From NCBI GenBank assembly GCA_964529415.1, contig CAZGWD010000002.1:30089-94088 (forward strand): a stretch of 64,000 nt of DNA, given 5' to 3'. This document shows, in pieces, positions 29,770 through 40,375 of this stretch. The position numbers were made by a program, and so were the translations under genes. Under the pieces are notes generated by a model, which ran no database searches, was not told where the DNA came from, and worked only from the letters and a program-made list of their open reading frames with translations. This stretch comes from an uncultured Leptospirales bacterium. Lineage in GTDB: Bacteria; Spirochaetota; UBA4802; UBA5550. How positions within the stretch are numbered: position 1 is the stretch's first letter; every line of letters starts with the position of its first letter.

Positions 29770-31032
29770 ATGAATAAAAAAATAATTAATTTATTCTTGT
29801 TGATAGGTTTTTCATTATTTATTTTTAACGCATGCACAATAAAAGATGATTCCAATACGGCTTCATCTTCCACAATAATCGCATCAGGGATTTCTGATTT
29901 TGAATATAAAAATACCGGCTCTGCTATTATTATAACAAAATATATCGGCTCAGGCACTGATGTGACAATCCCCTCCACTATTGACAATAAACCTGTTACT
30001 GCAATCGGAGATTCAACATTTGAAAATTGCTCAAAGATCACAAATATAAACATTCCATCAACTATTACACATATTGGAAATAGTGCTTTTTACAGTTGTA
30101 CCAGCCTCTCAAATGTAAATATTCCATCGAGTGTTATTTCAATAGGAAATTCTGCATTTGCTTTATGTGAAAGTCTTAAAAGTATAAATATATTTTCGGG
30201 TATTACTACCATTGGAGATTTTGCATTTTGGGGATGTACCAGTCTTACAAGATTAGATATTCCTGCAGGAGTTTTTTCAATTGGAAACTATGCAGTTGCT
30301 CATTGCACTGGCCTAAAAAACATATCTATTGGTTCTGGTGTTACTTCCATTGGAAAAGGTGTATTTTTAAATTGTACAGGCCTCATAAGTATAATTTTAC
30401 CTTATACAGTGGTTTCTATCGGAAAAAATGCATTTGAAAACTGCATCAATCTCAACAGTATTAATATTCCAGCAGGTGTTACTTCAATAGAAGATCAGAC
30501 ATTTTCAAATTGTGCCGGTCTCACCAGTATTAATATTCCATCAAGTGTTATTTCCATCGGAGACTATGCTTTTTCAGAATGCAAAAATCTGGAAAATGTT
30601 ATTATCAATCATGGTGTTTCCAGAATTGGAGACTATTCGTTTAAAAATTGTTTTAAACTTATTGAAATTACAATACCTGCAAGTGTTACTTCAGTTGGAG
30701 CCTATGCGTTTTATAATTGTACCGGGCTTTCAATTATTAATATTCTCTCGGATGATATTTACATAGAAGATTTTGCTTTTGCTTTTTGCATTAGTCTTTC
30801 AAGTTTGGATATACCGGCAGGTGTTAAATCTATTGGAGACTGCTCATTTTATAATTGTAAAAAATTATCTATTGTTACTTTATATTCCAAAATTCCGCCG
30901 GCTCTCGATGGAGTAGATGTTTTCACTTCTTCCCTTTCCAGTCTGGAGATAAGAGTGCCTGCAGATTATTTAAATGATTATCAAAAATCCGCTTACTGGT
31001 TAAGCTATGCAGATAAAATTGTCGGTTATTGA
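29770..31032 (+). CDS. BspA-type leucine-rich-repeat surface lipoprotein
   Basis: Lipobox (IFNAC). About 12 tandem repeats of approximately 23 aa (IPSSVISIGNSAFxxCxSL). Confidence 0.75.
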   Translation: MNKKIINLFLLIGFSLFIFNACTIKDDSNTASSSTIIASGISDFEYKNTGSAIIITKYIGSGTDVTIPSTIDNKPVTAIGDSTFENCSKITNINIPSTITHIGNSAFYSCTSLSNVNIPSSVISIGNSAFALCESLKSINIFSGITTIGDFAFWGCTSLTRLDIPAGVFSIGNYAVAHCTGLKNISIGSGVTSIGKGVFLNCTGLISIILPYTVVSIGKNAFENCINLNSINIPAGVTSIEDQTFSNCAGLTSINIPSSVISIGDYAFSECKNLENVIINHGVSRIGDYSFKNCFKLIEITIPASVTSVGAYAFYNCTGLSIINILSDDIYIEDFAFAFCISLSSLDIPAGVKSIGDCSFYNCKKLSIVTLYSKIPPALDGVDVFTSSLSSLEIRVPADYLNDYQKSAYWLSYADKIVGY

Positions 31033-31121
31033 TATTGTTATTTCCAGAAAACTGCGAGAAGAAAATAAAAAGTTTTTTTTAAATCTCTGCTGTTTTTAAG
31101 ACAGGTTGCATTTTATTCTTA

Positions 31122-31162
31122 ATTTAAGCCATCTTTAAATGTACTTAAAGATGGCTTAAATT
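31122..31162. terminator. Bidirectional rho-independent terminator between convergent genes
   Basis: Perfect 15-bp stem (TTAAGCCATCTTTAA, loop ATGTACT, TTAAAGATGGCTTAA), with A/T runs on both sides. Confidence 0.65.
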
Positions 31163-31196
31163 TAATCTGGTAATTTCTGTTAAAATTTTATTATAT

Positions 31197-32384
31197 CTAT
31201 TCGTTACCGTTAACGTCGAGTTTTATAAGGTAAAGATCATTTCCATAATTCAGGTTCGTGTATGTGTATCCAAGCACGCAGAAACCGCCGTCACTCGCAA
31301 GGTTCACGCTCTGGGCAAGATTGTTATCCGCATCGCCGAAAGTGTGCGACCAGAGCTGCGTTCCATATGCATCGATTTTCACCACCCATGCATCAGCCTT
31401 AAGATTGTCGCTGTTGCTGCCGTAAGATCTTGTCTCGCCTGCGAATATGAATGAGCCGTCTGCAAGCTGTTTGATCGAATTAGCTTTATCAAACCTTGTG
31501 CCGCCGAATTCCCTGTTCCAAACTTCATTTCCTGCTGCATCAAGCTTCACAATCACTGCGTGCCCTTTTCCGCCATTCATAGTCCAGTCGTCTGTTGAGT
31601 AGCCTGCAATTGCGCAGCCGCCGTCATTTGTGCGTATAACTGATGCTGCAAAATCGTCTCTGCTGCCTCCAATGGTTTTTTGCCATAGGACTTCGCCGTT
31701 TGCATTGATTTTAACTACAGCCATATCAGCAGACCCGTCAACACCTGCATAAACTGCTGTATTGCCTGCCAGAATAAATCCTCCATCAGAACTAACTGTT
31801 ACAGAATTTGCCGCTCCGTAGCCATAGGTTTTTGCCCAGATGACATTGCCTGCTGTGTCCAGACGGAAAGCTCTCATGCCCGTTTCATCGAAGGTGTGGG
31901 TATAGCCTGCAACTATGTAACCGCCGTCGCTGAGCTGGTGAATTTCGTAAGCTCCGTCCCTCTGGGCTCCGCCGTAGGTTTTTGCCCACTGCTGAACGCC
32001 GTTTGCGTCAAGTTTCATCACCCAGAAATCACATCTGTTTCCGTTTTCATCAGCAGTGCCGAAGGATTCAGTTTCTCCTGCTACAATGTAGCCTCCATCC
32101 TTTGTCTGCTCGATAGAGCGTGCCCATTCGTATCCTGTTCCTCCGTAGGTTTTCGACCACAAGATCGAACCGGAGGTATTAATTTTTGCAATATAAAAAT
32201 CCATAGAATTGCTTTTTGTACCTGTTGCTCCTGCAACGATGTAGTTGCCGTCAGATGCCTGCTGAACAGAATGTCCGTACTGGTCATAGGATATATTCAG
32301 TTCTTTCTCTCCATTGTAATCGCATGCGGTCATGGATACAGCTGTGACAAGAGAAGCAAAAGCCAGAAATAATTTGTTATTCAT
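31197..32384 (-). CDS. Beta-propeller repeat lipoprotein (SBBP-like repeats)
   Basis: Lipobox (MTAC). About 7 repeats of approximately 50 aa (W.KTYGG...DGGYIVAG.T.S). Confidence 0.6.
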   Translation of the reverse strand: MNNKLFLAFASLVTAVSMTACDYNGEKELNISYDQYGHSVQQASDGNYIVAGATGTKSNSMDFYIAKINTSGSILWSKTYGGTGYEWARSIEQTKDGGYIVAGETESFGTADENGNRCDFWVMKLDANGVQQWAKTYGGAQRDGAYEIHQLSDGGYIVAGYTHTFDETGMRAFRLDTAGNVIWAKTYGYGAANSVTVSSDGGFILAGNTAVYAGVDGSADMAVVKINANGEVLWQKTIGGSRDDFAASVIRTNDGGCAIAGYSTDDWTMNGGKGHAVIVKLDAAGNEVWNREFGGTRFDKANSIKQLADGSFIFAGETRSYGSNSDNLKADAWVVKIDAYGTQLWSHTFGDADNNLAQSVNLASDGGFCVLGYTYTNLNYGNDLYLIKLDVNGNE

Positions 32385-32593
32385 TTAAAACTCCACTGTT
32401 TATTATTAAGATGCGTGCAATAAATTGACATGACTGTTTTAAAGCAAATAAGTTTTTAAATTGATAAAAAAATTATAAAACCGTCCGGATGGAGGGATGC
32501 GGAAGATATTTCAAAAATAAAATCAATTAACATTCTTGACAGACAGATATTTATGTTTTAATATAATTATTATGCTTATAGATAAGGTGTAGC

Positions 32594-33523
32594 ATGAAAC
32601 TCAAAGTTTCAGTATACTCTCATAACTTGAACAAAGAGGTGCAATTCCATAGTCTGCTCCTATTATTGCTCTTGTTCATGTTTTTAACGGGAACCATGAA
32701 TCTATTAGCAAATGATTTTTACGAACCTCTGGCTATTGATGATCCGCTAAATGAATCATTTGGAACCAAAGTACCGGAATATCCGTTCATGACAGGCGGC
32801 TACGGTGAATTGGCCTGGAATTATCATTGTATATCTTCCACAACAGAGGATATCTGGAACCTTCATACCACAGTTGCCTTTACACTTTTCCGCTGGAAAG
32901 ATGATTTTGCATTATCCATCTATTATGGTTCATGGCTTCTGACTGCTCCATTTAAACCTGGCGATCAGGTTGTAAATGTCATGCGTTTCTGGATGTCTGC
33001 AGTAGAATTTGACTACGGAATTAACATGGCTGTAAAAGCGGGGCCTCTCCACATTACTTTCGAGTATTCCAGAACCAGCCAGCATCCACTGACACCTGGT
33101 TTTTCTGAGGTTTCAACCGATGTTGTAAAATTGGGTCTGGTACTGCCGCGTGCACGTCTTGGGGATTTTGATGGCAGATTTTTCATACGTGGAGGATATG
33201 TCGATCTCTTTGATTTCTGGCAAAGCAAAATCCCCAAACCGCGTCTTTCCGGCATAATCACCGCCGGCACTGAATCATCCTATCGCCTGCTTCCATGGCT
33301 GAAAATTTTTATAAATGCCTCGCTTGATTTGAACATTACCCGCATGTCCACAGCGGATATTGCAGGACGGGCAGAAATCGGCTTAAGTGTCGGCACCGGA
33401 CCACCTGCACTTGACATCTACTTTGAAATATCAGGATCTCCGGATACAGAGGAAATCCTCAACCGGCCCACTCCGTCTTTTCTTGCCGGATTCGGCATTC
33501 GCATGAAAGTCGGATGGCCTTGA
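32594..33523 (+). CDS. Putative outer-membrane or secreted protein, unknown family
   Basis: N-terminal hydrophobic leader with alternating amphipathic beta-like segments. No recognisable domain. Confidence 0.35.
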   Translation: MKLKVSVYSHNLNKEVQFHSLLLLLLLFMFLTGTMNLLANDFYEPLAIDDPLNESFGTKVPEYPFMTGGYGELAWNYHCISSTTEDIWNLHTTVAFTLFRWKDDFALSIYYGSWLLTAPFKPGDQVVNVMRFWMSAVEFDYGINMAVKAGPLHITFEYSRTSQHPLTPGFSEVSTDVVKLGLVLPRARLGDFDGRFFIRGGYVDLFDFWQSKIPKPRLSGIITAGTESSYRLLPWLKIFINASLDLNITRMSTADIAGRAEIGLSVGTGPPALDIYFEISGSPDTEEILNRPTPSFLAGFGIRMKVGWP

Positions 33524-33596
33524 AGTATACATGTATATCAGAAATTAAATATAATACCTGACTTTACGCAAGATATCAGCAAACGTTAATTAAATT

Positions 33597-34103
33597 TTAC
33601 CAGTACTTTGGATATTTCGCATCTCTGGTTAAATTATTATAAACCAATGCCACTACTACCAGTATCATGGAACCGGCAAGTGTTGGAAATATTACAAAAC
33701 TCCACGATGGAAGAGTAAGAAAAACAATAACCGGATTTGATCCAGCAGGCGGATGCACTGTACGGGTTAGCATCATTATACCAATTGAAACTGCAACTGA
33801 CAATGAAACCACCCACCAGAATGCGCCAAATGTATAAATAAAAGAAAGGCCTACAACAGAACTAATAACATGACCAAATACAACATTTCTCGGTTGAGAG
33901 AATGGAACGTCCGGATAACCGAAAACAAGAACACATGATGCACCGAATGAACCTAATACAAGCGCTGCTGATAAAAAATTTGTCATTAAAGAAATAGATG
34001 CAATTGCAAAAAAACCACCCAGTGAAGCAAGTATTACAATTTTAATAGACGGATATGGCGGCAATGCTGCTCCATCTCCTTTGATTTTATTGATAAATTT
34101 CAT
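33597..34103 (-). CDS. HPP-family membrane protein
   Basis: 4 TM helices and the family HPP motif (RTVHPPAGSNP). Confidence 0.6.
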   Translation of the reverse strand: MKFINKIKGDGAALPPYPSIKIVILASLGGFFAIASISLMTNFLSAALVLGSFGASCVLVFGYPDVPFSQPRNVVFGHVISSVVGLSFIYTFGAFWWVVSLSVAVSIGIMMLTRTVHPPAGSNPVIVFLTLPSWSFVIFPTLAGSMILVVVALVYNNLTRDAKYPKYW

Positions 34104-34202
34104 AATATCTCCTTGATTTTTTTCTTAAATTAAATCATAATTATAATTTCTTTTTTAGATCTCGTTTAATTTCTGCTCATGTCAACATCATATCTTATAT
34201 AT

Positions 34203-35459
34203 TTATAAAATTTTTCCATTTTTGGTCATTTCATTATATAAATCCGGATAGAGCTTTCTCACGCAATCCGGACATATACTGTGGGTGAATTCAGCTTCAG
34301 AATGCTCCCTGATATAACCCTCAATCTGTTCCCAATAACCGCCGTCATTTCTGATCTTCTTGCAATTAGAACAGATAGGCAGAAGACCGCTTAGAGTTTT
34401 AACATTCTCAAGAGCTGCCTTAAGACTTTCCACCAGGGATTCAAGCTCAACTCCCTTTTTGTTAAGTGAATCATTAGCTGCCTGGAGCTTGTTCCACGTT
34501 AAGCGAATCTGCCTTGTGAATACAATTGAAAACAAAATCAGGAAAATATAAACAGAAATGAAAAGAAAAGCTTCAAACCTCCACCGTGCAAGGTATTGCT
34601 GCTTTCCGAAACCGACAATTACATACAGGTTCTGGTTATTGATTTTTCTTAATGAATATATTTTCTCAACTTTATCAGTTGTAGAAATTCTTGCAAATAC
34701 TGCTGAATCTCTTTTTTCACTGAATAATCTTAAAGTATCAGAGCTGCTGATTTTAGTATTTACCGCATCATTTCCTGACAAAGAATCCGAATAGCGGACA
34801 AAAACATTTCCATAAGAATCGCTTAATGTCACATTGCTGTTTTTCCCGAGATTAAGAGATGAGAACATTTTATAAAAATGTTCTACAGTAACAGGAGCAT
34901 AAACTGCCCCCCCGAAGGAACCGTCAGGCTTTTTATAGTCACGGGCGAATATTATAACCCATTTATTGCTGATTTTTCCCAATACCGGTTTTGAAATTAC
35001 AAGACCAGGTTCTCTATTGTTCTTTAATAACTGATAATAATCTCGGTCAGTAATCGAACTCATGGGTTTATTATACTGAACTTCGATGCCGTAAGCAATA
35101 TTGCCTTCTAAATCAGTTGCCCTGAGGCTGTCTGCTTCAGGTATCCGTTTGAAATGACGTGAAATCATCATATTGATTCGGTCTTTGTTTAATGCGTTTT
35201 TTAAAAGCTCATCTTCAATTTCATCCCTGATTACAAGAAGCGTTAAATCTATCTTCTCTATCTCTTCGGAAATATTACTCTGCAGTATCCCTGATATATT
35301 CTGCACCTCATTTTCAGCCTGCATGATACGGAAGTTGTATCCCTGGTAAAGATAAATAATTACAATCAGAACAGCTACTATATTAAAAAAAACAATAACA
35401 GGCATCAATAATTTTTTAGAAAATTCATCATTTGAAAAAATGGTTTTTATTCTCATCAT
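34203..35459 (-). CDS. Membrane sensor: extracellular Cache-like domain, TM, coiled coil, C-terminal CxxC...CxxC zinc-ribbon module
   Basis: TM1 followed by an approximately 260-aa periplasmic domain, then TM2. The C-terminus reads LPICSNCKKIRNDGGYWEQIEGYIREHSEAEFTHSICPDCVRK. There is no kinase, cyclase or HTH domain. Confidence 0.6.
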   Translation of the reverse strand: MMRIKTIFSNDEFSKKLLMPVIVFFNIVAVLIVIIYLYQGYNFRIMQAENEVQNISGILQSNISEEIEKIDLTLLVIRDEIEDELLKNALNKDRINMMISRHFKRIPEADSLRATDLEGNIAYGIEVQYNKPMSSITDRDYYQLLKNNREPGLVISKPVLGKISNKWVIIFARDYKKPDGSFGGAVYAPVTVEHFYKMFSSLNLGKNSNVTLSDSYGNVFVRYSDSLSGNDAVNTKISSSDTLRLFSEKRDSAVFARISTTDKVEKIYSLRKINNQNLYVIVGFGKQQYLARWRFEAFLFISVYIFLILFSIVFTRQIRLTWNKLQAANDSLNKKGVELESLVESLKAALENVKTLSGLLPICSNCKKIRNDGGYWEQIEGYIREHSEAEFTHSICPDCVRKLYPDLYNEMTKNGKIL

Positions 35460-35552
35460 TAAACCTCAATTCAATGGCCAAAAAAATTAATTAACATTTC
35501 CTATTCATATACGGAAAGTCAAAAACTTTAGTCCACTATCAAAAAATATTTA

Positions 35553-36572
35553 TCAAGCATTACGCATCTCGAAATAAGGAGTAAGACACAGCCTGTAGCC
35601 GCTGCCGCGCCTGTAAGGCATCAGTATATCGAGTCTGTCCTGAGAAAGTTTTGCCGCATCTGTTTCGTTCACATGCGCGAGTAGAAACGAATCGCTCGGC
35701 ACCAGACCAAGCCCAAAATCGCGGTTTAAATCATTTATAATTGCTGACTGTATCGGGAAATATTTTTTATGCAAAGAATGCGGTCCTATTGATTCAGCGA
35801 GCTTAAGCGCCTGCAATAATCGCGTAATATCTTTAAACCATTTATTGCCGAATAGCGACGGCATCACATTTCTTGCAAAAACAAATCCTCCGATTCTGAA
35901 GCGAAATACGCCGTATGGTTTGCTGAATGACAGAAATACAGTGTCGATGTTCCGGTGCAATGTGTCGAATGAATAATCTGCAGTACTTCCGACATATGAA
36001 AGATCAAGCGATACTCTATGACCTGCTTCACAAAGATTGTTTATAAATTCGTTTGGTATGATGTTGCCGTCCCGTGCTGATGGGTTTGATATAAACCATC
36101 GCCCTGGCTGTAGCAATCCTACATCATCAGTCAGTGGATCAATCCACTTCACCTTCATTCCCAGATGGCCCGCGTATTCCGCATATCCTTCATATTCACC
36201 GGAAAGTAGATAAATCGATTCCAGTCCTTCAGTTTTCAGCTTTGCAAGGGAATGGAATATTCCCTCGCTCGAGCCGGATGTAGGGTACGGGTATGCAAAT
36301 GAATTGAGGTGCGGCACAGCCAGTGAATATGCAGAAATGATCCTTTTGATAACAGGAACATGAATTTCGTCAAGACTCAGGTTGCCTTCTGGCGTTTCCG
36401 GAAGCAGTAGAGGCGGATCAAATAAAGGGTCAAGGTGAATTTTAATTTTATCAGATTGTGAGTTCACGAACCACATTTCGTCGGGCAATGCCGCTTCAAC
36501 TTCGCGGAGCAGCGGCCTCGTTTCCGGAAGATAATAACAGTATACAGCCTTCATTGCCCTGAACTGCTTCAT
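35553..36572 (-). CDS. PLP-dependent enzyme, aminotransferase class I/II fold (HisC/CobD-like)
   Basis: Lysine motif SFSKPYGVFRFRIGGFVF (compare S-x-S-K-x-x-G...R-I-G of HisC/CobD). 339 aa. Confidence 0.5.
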   Translation of the reverse strand: MKQFRAMKAVYCYYLPETRPLLREVEAALPDEMWFVNSQSDKIKIHLDPLFDPPLLLPETPEGNLSLDEIHVPVIKRIISAYSLAVPHLNSFAYPYPTSGSSEGIFHSLAKLKTEGLESIYLLSGEYEGYAEYAGHLGMKVKWIDPLTDDVGLLQPGRWFISNPSARDGNIIPNEFINNLCEAGHRVSLDLSYVGSTADYSFDTLHRNIDTVFLSFSKPYGVFRFRIGGFVFARNVMPSLFGNKWFKDITRLLQALKLAESIGPHSLHKKYFPIQSAIINDLNRDFGLGLVPSDSFLLAHVNETDAAKLSQDRLDILMPYRRGSGYRLCLTPYFEMRNA

Positions 36573-37495
36573 AGAATGCGGCCTCCGAATACGTTTTCCC
36601 AGCTGGTGGTAAGAATGTCTGGCGGCATGAAAATAAGCTGTCTCAGTTCATCAGAATCTTTTTCTCCTTTTATGATGCCGGTCGGTGCAGATAGTCCGGT
36701 CGTGATTGCCACGTTTTGTCCCCTTATTTCATAGACCAGCGCTCCGTGCGGTAGAATATCACACAACGTTCCGTTTGAATCAAGATGCTTCTTGATTGCA
36801 GTTTCAAAAATATCAGACGCGATTCTGTTTTCATCCACAAACTGAGCGGCTTTTGCGTCTAAAGGCGCTGCAGGCCTGTCAGCCCTGCGCAGGGTCAGCT
36901 GGAAAACTCCGTGATTTTTGCTGAACTCAATCAGTTTATCAATTTCATCTATCCGGTCAACGTAACCTTTAAGCATAACGCATGATAATCTCACTTTTAA
37001 GCCATAATTGTGTATCAGATCAATCAGTTTTTCCAGCTCATAATTTTCTTTGTTTTTAGGGCAAAATATCTCACTGTTTTTACGGTTGTCATAATGGTAG
37101 ATCGATACTGCAATGATGTCAAGCCCATGGTCTTTCCATACTCGGAGAAATTCGCCGTACATCTTTCCTCCGCGCGCGATGACAGATCCTTCAGTCTGCA
37201 GTTCCCTGCGGTCGAAAGGCTTATCTTCAACACGGTGAAGAAATTCCGTGACCTGTGCCGGGTGGTAGCTTGCTTCTCCTTTACTTGTAATCAGGAAGTA
37301 ACGGGCATTGTAATTGACAGCAATACGAGCAGCCTGGTCGAATTGCTGCCAGTTGATATGAGGCTCAGCATGAGTGATACCCAAGTCGGGAGTCATCTTT
37401 GAAATGCAGATCGGACAATCGTTAGGGCAGGATTTACTGCCGCTTACAACTGTAAAGGTTAATGCTTTTTTCATATTTTCAAGCCTTATTTGCAA
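36569..37495 (-). CDS. Radical SAM enzyme, unknown specificity
   Basis: A CxxxCxxC motif near the N-terminus (SCPNDCPIC). Its stop overlaps the downstream PLP-enzyme start by 4 nt. Confidence 0.6.
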   Translation of the reverse strand: MQIRLENMKKALTFTVVSGSKSCPNDCPICISKMTPDLGITHAEPHINWQQFDQAARIAVNYNARYFLITSKGEASYHPAQVTEFLHRVEDKPFDRRELQTEGSVIARGGKMYGEFLRVWKDHGLDIIAVSIYHYDNRKNSEIFCPKNKENYELEKLIDLIHNYGLKVRLSCVMLKGYVDRIDEIDKLIEFSKNHGVFQLTLRRADRPAAPLDAKAAQFVDENRIASDIFETAIKKHLDSNGTLCDILPHGALVYEIRGQNVAITTGLSAPTGIIKGEKDSDELRQLIFMPPDILTTSWENVFGGRIL

Positions 37496-37738
37496 TTTTC
37501 GATAAGATAATAAAATGATTTTTTACAACACCCATCTGTTCATAAGCAAATTGCAGCTTCCTGAAAGTAAAAAAGCAACTATAATTCTTAACAATATGTT
37601 ATTTACGAAGAAATATTTATTAAATTTTGATTATATTTTTAAAAAAAATTGTTATTTAATTAAAAAAAATTCACTTTTATTTGGTCAAAAATAATGTTAA
37701 ATTTTATATATACAGAAAATTCACAAAAGGAGAAAAAT

Positions 37739-38149
37739 ATGAATCCAGTAATTAAAAATATTTTATCAGTAGTTGCAGGAATTATTCTGGGTAGTGCTGT
37801 TAATATGGGAATTATCATGATAAGCGGATCGATTATCCCGCCACCAGCAGGGGCAGATGTTACTACAATGGAAGGCCTTAAAGCCAGCATACATCTATTT
37901 GAACCAAAGCATTTTCTTTTACCTTTTATGGCCCATGCACTTGGAACATTAGCAGGAGCAATTATTACGGCAATCATAGCTCACAATAATAAGAAAAAAT
38001 TCGCTCTTGGCATTGGATTATTTTTCTTATTAGGAGGAATAATTAATGCATTTATGCTGCCTTCCCCGGCATGGTTTATAGTTATTGATTTAGTCGGTGC
38101 ATATATTCCAATGGGTTATCTAGGTGGAAAATTATTTGTTAAAATTTAA
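37739..38149 (+). CDS. Small membrane protein (4 TM), unknown function
   Basis: The start is moved to the ATG that follows AAAGGAG (MNPVIKNIL...). Confidence 0.45.
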   Translation: MNPVIKNILSVVAGIILGSAVNMGIIMISGSIIPPPAGADVTTMEGLKASIHLFEPKHFLLPFMAHALGTLAGAIITAIIAHNNKKKFALGIGLFFLLGGIINAFMLPSPAWFIVIDLVGAYIPMGYLGGKLFVKI

Positions 38150-40025
38150 ACTCCAGAATAATTTTTGTTCCTGATGCACGTTCAATTCTAATTGTGCCTT
38201 TCAAGTCTTTTGCCAGCATCCCTACCAGCTGAAGCCCAAAACCTGTAGAGTTATCGAAATCAACAGTTTCCGGTATACCATTACCATTATCCTCTACACT
38301 AATAGAAACCATATCATTTTTCAATGTAGCTGATACCTTAATTACTCCGCCTTCAATACCATTAAATGCATATTTAATAATATTAGACAGAAGTTCGTTG
38401 ATTATTATGCCAAGAGGCTGAAGCCTTTTTGCATCTAAAATAAAATCATCTATATTTTTTTCAATCTTTACAGATTTATCAAGAGATCCGTTTGCTAAAA
38501 TTTCATCTATAAGCGACGGAAGATAATCCTTTACTGATAATTTTTGAACATCCAGGGAATGATACAGCTTATCATATAACACCATCATACTATGCACACG
38601 GCTTGCGGAAGATTCAAGAGCAGTGACTGCTTTTGAATCTTCCAATGTCTGGGATTGCAGCAAAAGAAGCCCGTACAATGTGTTCATATTGTTTTTTATG
38701 CGGTGATTTACTTCCCTAAGCATGATTTCTTTTTCTTCGAGAAGCGATTTTATTTTATCTTCAGCTATTTTTCGTTCTGTAATATCCCTTGCATATCCGG
38801 AGAAACCGTTTACTCTGCCGTTTACGTTTCTCTCAGTAAAAATCTTCCAGGACATTAAATGAACCTTGCCGTCAATATGAACCTGTTGATTTTCAAATAC
38901 AATGTTATCTTTATCGCTTTTCAGCCAGGTATTAAAAGCTGCAATAGTTCTCTCCCTGTCTTCCGGGGAAATAAAATCAAATGCCAGCCGGCCAATGCAT
39001 TCTTCGGGCCTTAATCCATATATTTTTAAAGATGCGGAATTTATAAAAATAATACGCCCTTCTTTGTCAACCCTTGTGACGAGATCCATTGTTCTCTCAA
39101 CTAAATCGCTGTATTGTTTCTGGCTTTCAGATATTATTTGCTCTGAAGATTTCAATTCATTGTAACTGGAAGCGAGTAAAAATCCGGAGATTGCCGAGAA
39201 GATTATAAATATCTGGGCAGATAATAATCTTTCAACAGAATTGGCGCCGCCAAACATTAAAGGCCCGGCAGATACTGCGTTGCTTGTTGATATAATCAGG
39301 GTCAGTAAAAAAAGGCCTACTGCAACACCCCTCGGACCAAAACGCATGGCAGGCCAGGATAACAGCACTAAAATTAAATAAGGATGAGGACCGATAAAAT
39401 TAATATTATTCGGGGAAGAAAAAATCCACCAGATAGAGCTGCACCATAGCGCGATAAAAATAACCCATTCAATTATGCTGCTTCTGCTGAATTTAAAGGA
39501 ATTTTTACTGGATCTTAAAAATGTTACAATCAATGGAGTAACGACTAAAATTCCCAACCCGTCAGCTATCACCCATGTTCGCCAGAATCCCCATAAATGA
39601 TTAAAATGTGCCAGGTATGCAGTTCCAGCACCAATAATAGCAGTACATGCATTAATAAGAAAAGCTGTTATCAGCAATGCAATTATTTCCCGGATTCGGG
39701 AAAAATTCACATCATGGCCGCACCACCAGGTAATGAATAAAGCTCCTGCCAGTGATTCCATAATATTTGCAGACATAAAACCAATACTATTGAATATCGG
39801 CCGGCCTATGATAAGATTAGCAGAGTTCCCTGCTATAAAAATACCGATTAGAATTGCCGGCCATAGTCTGCGGGGGTTAAGCAATAATGCAGCTAATCCA
39901 ATGCCTCCGGCAGGCCAGATAGCCATTACAATCTTTTCCAGATCAGGAAATAAAAAAGACAGATATACTGCAAAAAAGTATGAAACAGATATTATTAAAA
40001 TCCGTACGATAGGCTGATCCACCAT
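38139..40025 (-). CDS. Sensor histidine kinase, HisKA_2/HWE-type, with an N-terminal polytopic (MASE1-like) membrane domain and a PAS domain
   Basis: About 9 TM helices, a PAS domain, an H-box (EVNHRIKNNMNTLYGLLLLQ), and a C-terminal HATPase_c (ISVEDNGNGIP...GFGLQLV). Confidence 0.75.
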   Translation of the reverse strand: MVDQPIVRILIISVSYFFAVYLSFLFPDLEKIVMAIWPAGGIGLAALLLNPRRLWPAILIGIFIAGNSANLIIGRPIFNSIGFMSANIMESLAGALFITWWCGHDVNFSRIREIIALLITAFLINACTAIIGAGTAYLAHFNHLWGFWRTWVIADGLGILVVTPLIVTFLRSSKNSFKFSRSSIIEWVIFIALWCSSIWWIFSSPNNINFIGPHPYLILVLLSWPAMRFGPRGVAVGLFLLTLIISTSNAVSAGPLMFGGANSVERLLSAQIFIIFSAISGFLLASSYNELKSSEQIISESQKQYSDLVERTMDLVTRVDKEGRIIFINSASLKIYGLRPEECIGRLAFDFISPEDRERTIAAFNTWLKSDKDNIVFENQQVHIDGKVHLMSWKIFTERNVNGRVNGFSGYARDITERKIAEDKIKSLLEEKEIMLREVNHRIKNNMNTLYGLLLLQSQTLEDSKAVTALESSASRVHSMMVLYDKLYHSLDVQKLSVKDYLPSLIDEILANGSLDKSVKIEKNIDDFILDAKRLQPLGIIINELLSNIIKYAFNGIEGGVIKVSATLKNDMVSISVEDNGNGIPETVDFDNSTGFGLQLVGMLAKDLKGTIRIERASGTKIILEFKF

Positions 40026-40310
40026 TATTTTATCCGTTACATTATTTTTTATTTAAAACATTATTCATTTCAGGATTTTTCATATTATTGTGTTTTTATA
40101 AAAAGTCCTGTTAAAAATTTCACAAATTCCGGCAAAGTGGAATTAATAATCAAGTTTAAAGCATGCTTAAAGATAATAAATTTCCAAATTTTCATTTTGC
40201 TGATGGAAACTTTTAATTAAAATATTTGCCATCGACAATTCAGAAAGTGATCCCTGTTATTGTTGAATTATAGACAATTCATTTAATAAGTCAAGCTATT
40301 TAAAAAGAGC

Positions 40311-40346
40311 AAAAAAAGCCGGCTATAATTCAGCCGGCTTTTTTTA
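40311..40346. terminator. Bidirectional terminator downstream of ftsZ
   Basis: AAAAAAA-GCCGGCT-ataattc-AGCCGGC-TTTTTTT. Confidence 0.65.
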
Positions 40347-40375
40347 GGGGGAAATCAATAATTATTTATGAGGAA

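Noticed and set aside
31197-32384. Possibility that the repeat lipoprotein is an RHS/YD-repeat toxin
   Set aside because: The repeat period (about 50 aa, DGGYIVAG) and the protein size fit beta-propeller (SBBP-like) blades, not YD repeats.
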